A DNA stretch of 62,886 nt, counting the filler, from Aduncisulcus paluster (lineage: Eukaryota): NCBI GenBank assembly GCA_024181965.1. It is 6 parts of 6 records of this genome, joined end to end, with 100 filler letters (N's around TTAATTAATTAA, not from the genome) between each part and the next. Parts side by side here need not be neighbours in the genome. Positions count along the whole stretch, not along the records: positions 1 to 26,502 come from BQXS01012674.1; positions 26,603 to 30,630 come from BQXS01012675.1; positions 30,731 to 48,911 come from BQXS01012676.1; 3 more parts are not named here. One strand, given 5' to 3'. Positions within the stretch are counted from its first letter, which is position 1. Each line of letters starts with the position of its first letter. The notes below the pieces were generated by a model. It had not been told where the DNA came from. It did no database searches and saw only the letters and a program-made list of their open reading frames with translations. Position numbers and translations under genes: made by a program. This document shows positions 22,106 through 32,842 of the stretch, one piece after another.

Positions 22106-22684
22106 TCAGCATCCTAAAAGATCGTAATCGTCAGCTTTATCATGAAATTCATCGATGGTCCGCTTAAATCTACTTCCAGCAATCCAAGTTACCATATCAT
22201 CCATATCTCTTGATACATGTGTTGCAGGATCTGTCACAACAGATGGGCCTATTCGAATATGACCATGTTCAATTATGTCAACGGCTTTTTTCATTGAATC
22301 GGCCATCTTCTTTCTCACAACAATTGTTGATAGACGTCTTGAAGCAAATTGAGATGCAGATATGGATAAAAGAGCCGATAAAGATGCCTTTTTATCACTT
22401 AATAAACCCATATTAAATAATTTTGTCGTTATTTGATTCGTAATCTCAATTCGAATAGGATCATCCTTGGGTAATTTTCTAAGAACAGATACAACATTAT
22501 ATATCGATCTAGCATGCTTGACATATTGAAGATATTCAACTCTTTTCTTAATAGCAAAAGTTTTCATAATCTCACCTTCATGAACATTCCTTTCCCGTTT
22601 ATAATCAAAAAAATTTAATTTTTTCAAAAGTTTCTGCTCATGGAACTTAAGTTCTCTCATTTTAAGATCCTGTTTACCACTCAT
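22106..22684 (-). CDS. IMP3: U3 snoRNP protein IMP3 (S4 domain)
   Basis: MRELKFHEQKLLKKLNF, RRLSTIV, IEHGHIRIGP.VVTDPA..VSR.M.D.VTW, DDYDL. Confidence 0.95.
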   Translation of the reverse strand: MSGKQDLKMRELKFHEQKLLKKLNFFDYKRERNVHEGEIMKTFAIKKRVEYLQYVKHARSIYNVVSVLRKLPKDDPIRIEITNQITTKLFNMGLLSDKKASLSALLSISASQFASRRLSTIVVRKKMADSMKKAVDIIEHGHIRIGPSVVTDPATHVSRDMDDMVTWIAGSRFKRTIDEFHDKADDYDLLGC

Positions 22685-22890
22685 CTTTTGTATATGCTCC
22701 CCAATCGCTGATTGAAACCAATTTTTATTTTACTTCGCATTATTGTTAAGTAACTGAGAAGTAATAATATCCATTTATAAATATTTTATCCAGTAGATTT
22801 ATTGTGCTGTTTATTTTTATACGGAATTAATCGATTGTGGAAAACCAGTTTTTTTTCTCTCTTTTCGACCGCTTCAACCGGATATTCGGA

Positions 22891-25275
22891 ATGAAATTAG
22901 ACGAAGTTAGAGAAAAAAGAGCATTAATTTCGTCTTCAAGCATTCAATCACTTAATTTCCGTGTTGTACAGTTATTGTCGCACCTCCAGCCAACCAAATA
23001 CAGTAATGCTTTTAGAAAAGCAATTTATTGCCATATATGCAATATATTACGTAGTACCTTTTCTTCTGAGAAACTTCTTAAAGTTTTTCCTTATGGCTCA
23101 ATGCTTTTGAAGACTTATCTACCTGATTCCGATATTGACATATGTTGCCTTATCACTGATGTAACCACTCATACTTTCCTTAATAATGTGGTTGAAATAT
23201 TAAAAGAATATGCAGATCATGAGCATTTCCCCATTTGTCAGATAACCATTGTGACAGCTCGTGTTCCAGTTGTAAAATGCTATATCGCTGGTATTGCTAT
23301 TGATATTACAGCGAATCAACCTTCAGCTATTTTATCCATTATGCTTCTCGAGGAGGCAGATAGGAGAACAGAAAATTCATTGGTCAAACGCTCAGTTATT
23401 CTTTGTAAAACCTTTATCAAACATACATTACGAGCTATAGGCTCACAAGATGGATTATTATCAACATATGGTCTTGAAGTTATTGTTTTGGCCGTTATTT
23501 TACAATATCCTCAGACAAGGACTCCATTGCAAGTTCTTGCCATCGTTCTTGATGTTATTACGAATTTCGATTGGAAAAACAATACTTTAACTCTTCGGGG
23601 GATTGAAAAAACATCCGATGTTATCGAAAGGAGTCGGAGATTGATTGAGAAACGACTTGCCAGCCGTAAACGATCTACCTCTGCCAAAAAACCTGTTGTT
23701 AAACCAAGGATTACTCTAAGAATAGAAAGAAAAGGAATGAAACAAAAGATTCTCCACTCTACCCGCCCCATATCCTCTCCCACATCTGTTCCATCCCCCA
23801 GTAGTACCTCAACTCCTGGCGGACCTGGGCCTATCCTTGCTTCCGCGTCAACAACAACCTCTTCATTGTCAAATTCTACCAGAGCCAATGAGTATCAGTC
23901 AAGTGGAAGTTCTAAAGAAACTCCAAGATCACTTCCGTTGATTGAGTTAGCACCATTGCCCCCTATTCCACCATTGTTGAGTCGAGTTGGACATCATCCC
24001 CGAAAGTATTCCCATTCAAGAGCTCATTCGCATTCATCAACATGTTCCTCGGACCATTCCATCCAATCATTCCCATTAGCCAGTCACAAACAATCCAAAA
24101 GTGTCGATGGGAGGGGCATTGCATCCACAATGGAACCTAGTGTTAAATCTCTTAATCCTCCATATGAAGATGAGAATGAAAAGTCTGGTTCAAACCCAAA
24201 TAGTAGTACAGGTCAAAATAATTCTTCGGGACGGATTATTGAATCCATATCTTTTGAATCCTCTTTTTCCACCATTCTTGAGAAAATATCCACAGTCTAC
24301 ATTGAGTGGAAAGATCGACTATTCCCAATTCCTTCACCCTTCTCCCCGACTCAAACGATGAATATCTTAGATCCTCTCGACCCTGGGAATAATCTTGGGG
24401 CTCCTGTCCGAGTATCATCTTTTTACAGGCTTCAGCGTGCTTTTCGAGTCAGTCACATGTACGTCATGTCTCTCATTGGAGGCTGTGTCAGTGGGGTGCT
24501 TTGTCCAGTTAGGACTCTTAGCCTTACTGATACTGTATTTGCTCGTTGTTGGTTGTATGCTTATCGGCATTCTAATCGAGTTTTACCACGAGAAGACCTT
24601 CGTCGGTGGGTTGAAGATGAGAGATCAATGGATATAGATGAGAAGTCGAAACGAAGGGCGAAACACCGACGTAGATCCAAATCCAAGTCAATTACACTTC
24701 ATGACTCTTCTATTGGGAGTGCTCACACAACTCTCCCAACAGAAGAGTTCCTACACGGAGCTATTGATCAGGATAAGCTTCATCTGACAGCTAAGAGTGG
24801 TGAATCTGAAGGTGACGGTGATATTACACGACCTAACCCCCAAAAAGAATCTATCCCAGATAAACAACCCTCAATAACTCAACAAGAAGAACTTCATCAC
24901 GGAAAACATTCAACAATATCGTCTATCGACTCTGTTGACAGCATAACAGGACATCCATGCCCTTCTTTGCATTTATTCAAAGCCCTTGATGAAGCTATTC
25001 AGACGGCTTACCTTGGAGATAAAAATTTCTCTTCTTGTCATATTTTTGGGAAGTTCGATAAGAGTGTTCGAATTGCTGATCTTGTATTTAAAACCGACAC
25101 GGGTCATGAATATCTTGATTACTTGATAGAAAAACGGCTTGCACCAGAGTTTATTTTAGAAGAATTCGAAAGTTTGTGTGGGAATGTGGACGAACTTTAT
25201 GAGTGTGTAAAAGATATTGATAAGAAGATTGATAAGGTTAAAAATACAAGAATTTCAATTGTTCGCCCGAAATGA
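22891..25275 (+). CDS. Pol-beta superfamily nucleotidyltransferase (non-canonical poly(A) polymerase/TUTase-like, PAP/OAS1 substrate-binding domain)
   Basis: PYGSMLLKTYLPDSDIDI, ARVPVVKC...IAIDITAN, GLLSTYGLE, NILDPLDPGNNLG. Long Ser/Pro-rich insertion. Confidence 0.88.
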   Translation: MKLDEVREKRALISSSSIQSLNFRVVQLLSHLQPTKYSNAFRKAIYCHICNILRSTFSSEKLLKVFPYGSMLLKTYLPDSDIDICCLITDVTTHTFLNNVVEILKEYADHEHFPICQITIVTARVPVVKCYIAGIAIDITANQPSAILSIMLLEEADRRTENSLVKRSVILCKTFIKHTLRAIGSQDGLLSTYGLEVIVLAVILQYPQTRTPLQVLAIVLDVITNFDWKNNTLTLRGIEKTSDVIERSRRLIEKRLASRKRSTSAKKPVVKPRITLRIERKGMKQKILHSTRPISSPTSVPSPSSTSTPGGPGPILASASTTTSSLSNSTRANEYQSSGSSKETPRSLPLIELAPLPPIPPLLSRVGHHPRKYSHSRAHSHSSTCSSDHSIQSFPLASHKQSKSVDGRGIASTMEPSVKSLNPPYEDENEKSGSNPNSSTGQNNSSGRIIESISFESSFSTILEKISTVYIEWKDRLFPIPSPFSPTQTMNILDPLDPGNNLGAPVRVSSFYRLQRAFRVSHMYVMSLIGGCVSGVLCPVRTLSLTDTVFARCWLYAYRHSNRVLPREDLRRWVEDERSMDIDEKSKRRAKHRRRSKSKSITLHDSSIGSAHTTLPTEEFLHGAIDQDKLHLTAKSGESEGDGDITRPNPQKESIPDKQPSITQQEELHHGKHSTISSIDSVDSITGHPCPSLHLFKALDEAIQTAYLGDKNFSSCHIFGKFDKSVRIADLVFKTDTGHEYLDYLIEKRLAPEFILEEFESLCGNVDELYECVKDIDKKIDKVKNTRISIVRPK

Positions 25276-25490
25276 TCCAATATATCAACTATTAGGTTCG
25301 GATAGCGTTGATATAATGATATTACCATGTCTCTCCTTTTGAGATCAATTTAAACAAAATTATCATAATTATTTGTAATAAAATACATTCTTCAGTTAAA
25401 TATTAATTTGGATTTGTTGTTTTCGCAGAGGTAATGGATTTCGTAAATTTTTTCAAAATTTTTGAGTTTTTGGCCATAATATTTTATGAA

Positions 25491-26502
25491 ATGGATGAAA
25501 ATGAAATCTCAAAAATAATAGAAAGTGAATTAGGTCAGAAAGCCATGTTTTTGGAAGGAATAGAGAAGGATGAAATACAATACAAAACGATTGATGATTT
25601 TCAAGTGTCGGGCTATCCTCCATCAATCTCTGAGTTCCGTCTTGATGAATACAACAAAATGAGGAATAATTTATTGAAAATACTCTTCGCAAAATATAGG
25701 AAATTAAAGAGAAAAGATTCTCAAATGGCGCAGCTCTCTCAGTCAGCCGTCCTTCAATCTCCCATTCATTCTCCTCTCCTTGCTAAGAAATCTACAGACG
25801 AAGCTGCCACTCTCTCAGAGTCAATATCAACTTTTAATATTTCCGAAACATACACTTCTCCTCAATTTGGGATGGCAAAACCCATGACTCCCCATGAAAA
25901 AATGCTTAGATCAATGAAAAAGCGTCAAGCACAAGAAATTGAACGAAAATTTTCAGCAGAACTTCAGAGGGCAAGCAAAGAAATTCAATTCGCTGAACAA
26001 CGAGAGAGAGAGCGCCTTCGAGAGGAGAAAAAACTATTAGCTCTCAAAGAAAGAAAGAGAGAAGAAGAGAAAAAACGAGAGAAGAGGGAGATGAAACGCA
26101 TTGAATCTGAAAAACGGCGGAGAATTGCCGAGGAAGAACAAAGAGCGTCTTATCTCCAACGTCTTGAAAAACAAGAAAAAACTGAAAAGGAAAGACGTAA
26201 AAGGATTCGAGCGAATTTATCAAAGCATTTTAGGGAAGCAGAGGAAAAGAGGGAGAGATTAGCCAAAGATAAAGAACAAGCCGAGCGTGTTCGATATTCT
26301 GCTTTCGAAACGACCAAAGACTTGATGAAAAAACGAGAACAAAGTAGAATGAAGATGCTTTTTGAGAAACAGAGCCATATGAAAGAAGAGGCCAAGAAAA
26401 CAGAAGAGAAACAGCTCAGAAGCAGGGAATATATTCGTAAACGTCGTGAAGAACAAAGAAAAGTTGTTGTTTCGAAGTTAAGGGAGAAAATGGATTTGGC
26501 TG
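25491..26502 (+). CDS. Charged coiled-coil protein, 3'-partial
   Basis: E/K/R-rich helical ORF running into the contig end. Confidence 0.75.
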
Positions 26503-26602
26503 NNNNNNNNNNNNNNNNNNNNNNNNNNNNNNNNNNNNNNNNNNNNTTAATTAATTAANNNNNNNNNNNNNNNNNNNNNNNNNNNNNNNNNNNNNNNNNN
26601 NN
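26503..26602. other. Artificial contig spacer (also 30631-30730, 48912-49011, 53302-53401, 59894-59993)
   Basis: 44 N + TTAATTAATTAA (stops in all six frames) + 44 N, identical five times. Confidence 0.97.
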
Positions 26603-26603
26603 A

Positions 26604-27315
26604 TCTCGCAGCCCTTATGCAGCACCGTTAGTAATCGTAGACAAGAAAACTGGAGGCGTGAGGATTTGTTGTGACTATAAGAAGTTGAACCAAATAACAG
26701 TATCTGATGGTTATCCAATTCCTCGCCAAGATGAACTTTTCGCCGCGTTAGGGGGACAGAAGATCTTTGCTGCCCTCGATCTGAAGTCGGGATACTACAA
26801 TGTCAAGATCCAGCCCGAATCTCAACATTATACGGCTTTCATAACTCCATGGGGCTTGTATGAATGGAGCCGCATGCCTTTCGGTTTAAAAACCGCACCT
26901 TCACATTTTCAGCGGTGTGTAAACTCAGTCCTGAGGGGGCTCATTGGTCCCAAGTGTCTGGTCTACCTGGACGACATCTTGGTGTTCGGAGAAGATGAAG
27001 GAACATTCGTCAAGAACCTACAAGAAGTGTTACACAGACTTGCTGAGGTCAACCTTCTGCTGAACTACGATAAGTGCCAGATCGGAATGCGAGAAGTCAA
27101 GTATCTGGGGTTCATTGTGAACAATCACGGTAGGAGAATCGATCCTGATCGAATTCAAAACTTGAGGGACATGAAAGGGCCCAGTACAGTTAAAGGAGTC
27201 CAAAAACTGGTGGGATCAATCAACTTTCTTCGACAATTCATTCCTGACTATTCACGTATGGCAGAGCCCATCACCAGGCTACTATCATCCAAGTCGAAGG
27301 AGATAGTCTGGGGTT
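26604..27315 (+). mobile_element. Ty3/gypsy reverse transcriptase fragment (element 1), interrupted by element 2
   Basis: SPYAAPLVIV.KK, RICCDYKKLN, LDLKSGYY, TAF.TP.GLYEW.RMPFGL, YLDD, FLRQFIPDYS. Breaks after ...EIVWG. Confidence 0.93.
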
Positions 27316-27378
27316 TGTTGACAAACCAGCTGAGCTATAAAAGGCCTAATACTATATAGATGTCGCGAACATCTTACA
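27316..27378 (-). repeat. Candidate 63-bp 3' LTR of element 2
   Basis: Minus strand TGTAAG...CAACA, directly preceded by purine-rich TAGGGGCAG after the integrase stop, and ending where element 1 RT resumes. Confidence 0.6.
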
Positions 27379-30029
27379 CTGCCCCTATTAGGACGTTATA
27401 CGCATCTTCCATACCCCTTTTTTCCAGATTGCGCCTCCTTGATTTGTCCCAGCTATCTCCTGCATTTCATCCAGCTTCTCAATCAACTGTGTAACATACT
27501 TCTTTGCCTCCACTGGCAAATGTTCCACTGCCCTCTCCCCAAGTCTAATCTCTGGGATCCTTTTCCCAGGAAATCTACCAAACATCAATTCATACGGGGC
27601 TACACCCAACACCCGATGCTTCCTTTGGTTCAATTGGAAAACCACCAAAGGTAAAAATAGGCTCCAATTGTCTGCCTTCTTCCTCTCAAAAACAATTGCT
27701 CTCAACGCCTGCGTAACTTCAGCGTTGCACCTTTCCACAATACCATTTCCTTCTGGGTGGTATGGGACGATTCGATGATGACGGACCCCCAACAAGGCCA
27801 ATGTCTCTCTGACAGTATGATTTACAAATTCGGTTGCATTATCAGACCGAATTCCTTCAGGTAGACCATACCTGCAGAACAACTGCAACAATCGGTTCAT
27901 CGTTTCTTCTGCCCCAGTGGACACCAATGGGAACAGTTCCACCCACCTTGTAAAGCAGTCTATGCATGTCAGGATATACTTATAACCCTGTTTATCCTCA
28001 CCGATAGGTCCTATCGCATCAATTGCGATTTCACGGAATGGAATTCCTTCGGAAGTGGTAAGGACTGGGTATGCTAACCTTTGTTTGTACTTCAACTTCT
28101 GGCATACTGAACAGCTCTTAATCACTTCTTTGACATCTTTCACAATTCCACGCCAATAATATCCTTCACGTCTCAATTTTTCCAACGTTCCTTTGATTCC
28201 GGAATGATCCTCCATTCCTCTTCCATGCACATTTCTAACAATGTCTTTCTTCGACACATCCTGTCCAATAGCCTTCACCACAGCCACGTGTCCATATCGT
28301 GACATAAAATCGGCTGGCACGTTGTCTCTTCCTGGAATGTGACTTAGTTCATAGTCAAACTCCTGCATCAACAACCTCCATCTCACGATCTTCGGGCTTT
28401 CTGATTTTTCCATATACAGCAAATTTCTGTGGTCTGTCTGGAGTTCAAATCNNNNNNNNNNNNNNNNNNNNAACGTTCCTTTGATTCCGGAATGATCCTC
28501 CATTCCTCTTCCATGCACATTTCTAACAATGTCTTTCTTCGACACATCCTGTCCAATAGCCTTCACCACCGCCACGTGTCCATATCGTGACATAAAATCG
28601 GCTGGCACGTTGTCTCTTCCTGGAATGTGACTTAGTTCATAGTCAAACTCCTGCATCAACAACCTCCATCTCACGATCTTCGGGCTTTCTGATTTTTCCA
28701 TATACAGCAAATTTCTGTGGTCTGTCTGGAGTTCAAATCTATGTCCTCTCAGATATCCTTCACATCGTTTTAAACAATACACGATACCATAAGCTTCCTG
28801 CTCTATGGTCGACCATTTCTTCTGAGCTGTACTAAATGAATTAGACAAATACTCAATTACTTCCTCCTTTCCATCTCTAATCTGGAGGAGCACACCCCCA
28901 CACCCATCAATACTTGCATCAGTTCTCAACACCAACTTGCAGTCATAATCAATATGGGCCAAAATGGGTTTTGATATCAAAACTTCAATTAATTTGTCAA
29001 ACTCCTGTTGACACTCCGACGTCCAAACAAACATATCCGAACGTCTCAATTCTCGCAAGTGTATCGTTTGTTGGTTAAATTCTCCAATAAACTCCTTAAA
29101 ATAATTCAGCAGACCTAAAAAACTCCTCAGCTCTTTTGGGTTCCGGGGCGCTTGTTTTCCTTCAAGTCTTTAACCTTCTCTGGTGAGAGGGTTCTTCCTT
29201 GTGCAGAAATTATTTGCCCCAAGAATACCACTTCCTCCGCTGCCAATACACATTTGCTTCCTTTTAATTTAAAATGTACTTCCTGTAACTTCTGGAGGAA
29301 CTCTCTCAGGTTCTCCAAGAACTCTTCTTCTGTCGCGCCAAATATAAGTATATCGTCGACAAATACAAGACACTTCTTGTATAAACAATCCTTCAATACC
29401 TCCTGTACTGATCTTTGAAAATAACTAGGTGCATTTCGCAAACCGAATGGTAGTCGAGTATACTCAAACTCGCCATCCCAGGTCACAAAAGCCGTATACT
29501 GTCTGGACTTCTCATCTACTGGGGCTTGATAATACCCCGACCGAAGATCCAGAGTACCAAAGTACTTCTTTCCATGTAAGTATGACAATAGATCGTGAAT
29601 TCTCGGTAGGGGATGTCTGTCCGGTACCGTTATCGCATTCAATCTACGATAGTCAGCACACATCCTCCACACATCACCCCCCTTCGGAACCATTACCACG
29701 GGACATGAGAACGGACTTGCGGATTTTCTTATGATTCCTTTCCCCAGCAGTTCTTTAATCTGCTTTGAGATCTCGTCCTTCAACTTAGGACTGAACCACC
29801 GCGGCTTCTCGTAAGGGATACTTGCTCCTTCCACCACTTCTATTGTAAAAGGCTTCAACTGGGCTGGTATCTCGTCAAGAGGATCAAACACTTCTCTGAC
29901 TTCTTTTAAGAGCGTTAAAACTCTTTCTTGGAGTCTTTCAATACGAACTTCACTCAAAGAATTTCCTTCTTCGGGTACATAGTGTGTTTCTTCACTCACC
30001 GCCTTCTCAACACGGCAGACTGATACCCC

Positions 30030-30261
30030 TGTGGTAATCGCAATAAAAATGATTTGGTGTGGTTCACAATTTACTTCTTTTATACCATTCCTATGACAAG
30101 CCTTGTCAACCAACCTGTGACAACTGTTGCCTGTCAACTTTACAATAAAGCGACGGTGTGGGAGTTGAACCCACAACCATGACATTATTAGTACAATGCC
30201 ATAACGTCTCGTCCATGAATGCACATTTGTACATTTTATGGTAATAATACACATCACAACA
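30030..30261. mobile_element. 232-bp solo-LTR-like insertion with 5-bp TSD and tRNA-like segment
   Basis: TGTGGT...ACAACA flanked by ACCCC at 30025-30029 and 30262-30266. Removal restores MKMGVSVCRVEK. Confidence 0.8.
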
Positions 30262-30486
30262 ACCCCCATCTTCATTGAGTATCTACTAATCATCTCTCTG
30301 CCTACCAACACTTCATACGGCAATCTTTCGAACACATGAAATTCTTCTTCCGTCACTACTCCATCTTGTGAGCCTTCCACTCTAATCCAAGTCTTCACTT
30401 TTCCTTTCGACTCAACTGAGCCTCCCACACCTTCAACCATTACTTTGGATTCCTTCATTCTTTTTGTCAATCCTAGTCTGTCAACT

Positions 30487-30583
30487 TGTGGTGACCATTC
30501 TCAGGGACATTCTAAAAATAGATTGGTTCGCTCGAGATCTGTTTATTAATAAATTGGACCGCATTATAGTTAGTTTGGCCACA
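30487..30583. mobile_element. 97-bp solo-LTR-like insertion with 4-bp TSD
   Basis: TGTGG...CCACA flanked by AACT at 30483-30486 and 30584-30587. Removal restores protease FDTGSDLNCIKESVVDRLGLTKRM. Confidence 0.85.
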
Positions 30584-30793
30584 AACTACAGACTCTTTAA
30601 TACAGTTCAGATCCGAGCCGGTATCGAAGCNNNNNNNNNNNNNNNNNNNNNNNNNNNNNNNNNNNNNNNNNNNNTTAATTAATTAANNNNNNNNNNNNNN
30701 NNNNNNNNNNNNNNNNNNNNNNNNNNNNNNTTTGGAAAAGAAGTGGAATGGTTAATAATAAAGGTATCAAATTAAAGGTTGGAGAAAAAAAAA

Positions 30794-32536
30794 TTACATC
30801 AATACTCGAATATTTGTTGATCTTGCAAAAGATGAGACAAAAGAATAAAAGTCGAACTTATCACAATTTGAACGAATATCCAAGTGGATAAATGATTTAC
30901 AATCTATCAAAACGGCTAATAACTCCCTCACGTGGGATAAATCCATAAAATTGTTTTGAAAACTTAAATACCTCAAATGGTGAAGGTGAGAAATGGCTTC
31001 ACAGAGATTTCCAAAAGAACCATCTTGAATAATGGAGGTACTATCAAGAGACAAATGAGTGATGTTTTCTAAAAGGCCGAGAGAATCCCAAAAATTATCG
31101 TCAAGATTACCATGGATCGAAAGCTTTTTGAGATGGGGAAGGTGAGTCAAAATGTGGAAAAAAGGTTGAACAATTTCTTTTTCCTCGTTAAATAATACAA
31201 TTTCCTCCAACAATAGTAATTTCTCAAAATTTCTGAGAAAGTGATGCATCATCCTTGTTGAAGTAATATTTTGAACGCTCAATTTTAATGATTTAAGTTT
31301 GAAACAAGAATGCTTGAAAAAACCAGATAACGTTTCAATATTATTCTCAGAAATTCTATTTTCAGAGATATCAAGTTCCTCAAGAGAAGGTGGGAGAATG
31401 GAAATCACGGGATCAGCATTCACGATGGAATTTGAATGGAGATCTAATGATTTCAAAAGAGGAAATTTTCGAAGAATCTTCGATATACTTTGACATCCAG
31501 CATAACCGAGCTCATTTCTCGACATATTGAGGGTCTGAAGTCCTGATGCCCTTGACAAAGATCGAAGAAATCTCTCATTGAGATGGTCGGATAGAGAACA
31601 ATTGGCAAGGGAAAGAAGTCGGATGGATGGAGCTATTGAATCAAGAGTTAAACTTAATTCTATTGCATGGTCGGTGGATGAAACAATTCCATCCAAAACA
31701 AGAGTTTTGAGCTGTTTTAGAGAGGATAATGAATGCAAGATAACACTGGTTTTCTTTTCATCAAAACATGCCATATTCGCAACAAAAATATGTTCAATTC
31801 CACATTGTCTTTCAATAAGCTTATAAAGAGTATCAAATTGACCCTTATTATGAGAAATATTAAGCAAACGCAGTGACTCACACTCTAATAAGGAACAAAA
31901 TAAATGGTCCAATTCATTCGTATCAATTAGACAATCTGAAAAATTTAAAGATTGGAGACAATTTGGAAAGCAAAATGAACACTTTCCTCGAATGTTGTTC
32001 ATTGAAAAATCAAGTTTTTGGATCCTGGAAGTGGAGACAGCATCTAGAATGTATTTTAACCCTGAGTCATCCATTTTACAATCTCTGAGGGTTAATTTTA
32101 TCATTTTTTTACAATTTTTAATAATAGAACCAACATGATTGCAACCATATGATTCAATTGGATTGTGAGACAGATCCAAGGATGAGAGGAAAGGGAGAAA
32201 AGAAAAAACTTCAACTGAGGCTCTCATTGATCGTGAATCAAGTCGATTCCATGAAAGGTCGATATCTCTCAGCTTTTTTAATTGCTTAAACGCGGGTAAG
32301 ACGAAAGAAAGAAATAAATCTGGAGACAGGATATTCCCAGATATATTAATTGACTGAAGATATTGGTGTGAAAGGAGGAATGAGAAAAATTTTTCAGAAA
32401 GATTTTGAGAGTGAAGGCCAGAATAACAACACTGGAGAGATTTTATGAGGCCGTCAGTCGTTGATGGCATGATTTCGAGTGAATCGATAATAAGAATTTC
32501 TTCTTTTTTAATTGGATACTGTTTGCATGGTTTCAT
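30794..32536 (-). CDS. Ribonuclease-inhibitor-like leucine-rich repeat protein
   Basis: Many LxxLxLSxNx(L/I) repeats at about 28-aa spacing. Confidence 0.9.
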   Translation of the reverse strand: MKPCKQYPIKKEEILIIDSLEIMPSTTDGLIKSLQCCYSGLHSQNLSEKFFSFLLSHQYLQSINISGNILSPDLFLSFVLPAFKQLKKLRDIDLSWNRLDSRSMRASVEVFSFLPFLSSLDLSHNPIESYGCNHVGSIIKNCKKMIKLTLRDCKMDDSGLKYILDAVSTSRIQKLDFSMNNIRGKCSFCFPNCLQSLNFSDCLIDTNELDHLFCSLLECESLRLLNISHNKGQFDTLYKLIERQCGIEHIFVANMACFDEKKTSVILHSLSSLKQLKTLVLDGIVSSTDHAIELSLTLDSIAPSIRLLSLANCSLSDHLNERFLRSLSRASGLQTLNMSRNELGYAGCQSISKILRKFPLLKSLDLHSNSIVNADPVISILPPSLEELDISENRISENNIETLSGFFKHSCFKLKSLKLSVQNITSTRMMHHFLRNFEKLLLLEEIVLFNEEKEIVQPFFHILTHLPHLKKLSIHGNLDDNFWDSLGLLENITHLSLDSTSIIQDGSFGNLCEAISHLHHLRYLSFQNNFMDLSHVRELLAVLIDCKSFIHLDIRSNCDKFDFYSFVSSFARSTNIRVLM

Positions 32537-32842
32537 TGGATGATATATCTAATTCTGAACCACAGAGGAGGTTAATTTAAATATATTTTCGGTTAATTGG
32601 AATTATAAAATTTCAAACAACAACAAATGGGGGATTACCATCTGTGTGATGGCTTTTTTATTTTTCCAAACTGTTTGGAACGATGCCATTGGTCAAAATA
32701 AATTTCATTTTTATCATTTTCCATTATTTTAGAATGAATATTGTTTCATTTTGGTGTAAAATAATTCTCTTCTAGAGAAAACGAAAATCTTCTATGTTTT
32801 CTTGTCATTTAATCCTTTCCTCGGGAATTCTATCTTTAAAAA

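Larger units (their letters stand above)
27316..30630 (-). mobile_element. Degenerate Ty3/gypsy retrotransposon pol (element 2): protease-RT-RNaseH-integrase
   Basis: FDTGSD protease, FVDD RT, LRTDAS/EQEAY/TDHRNL RNaseH, H-H-C-C zinc finger and D,D,E (IAID, SDN, VER). One-base frameshift near 29135, two insertions, gap duplication 28184-28451/28472-28739. Confidence 0.93.
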
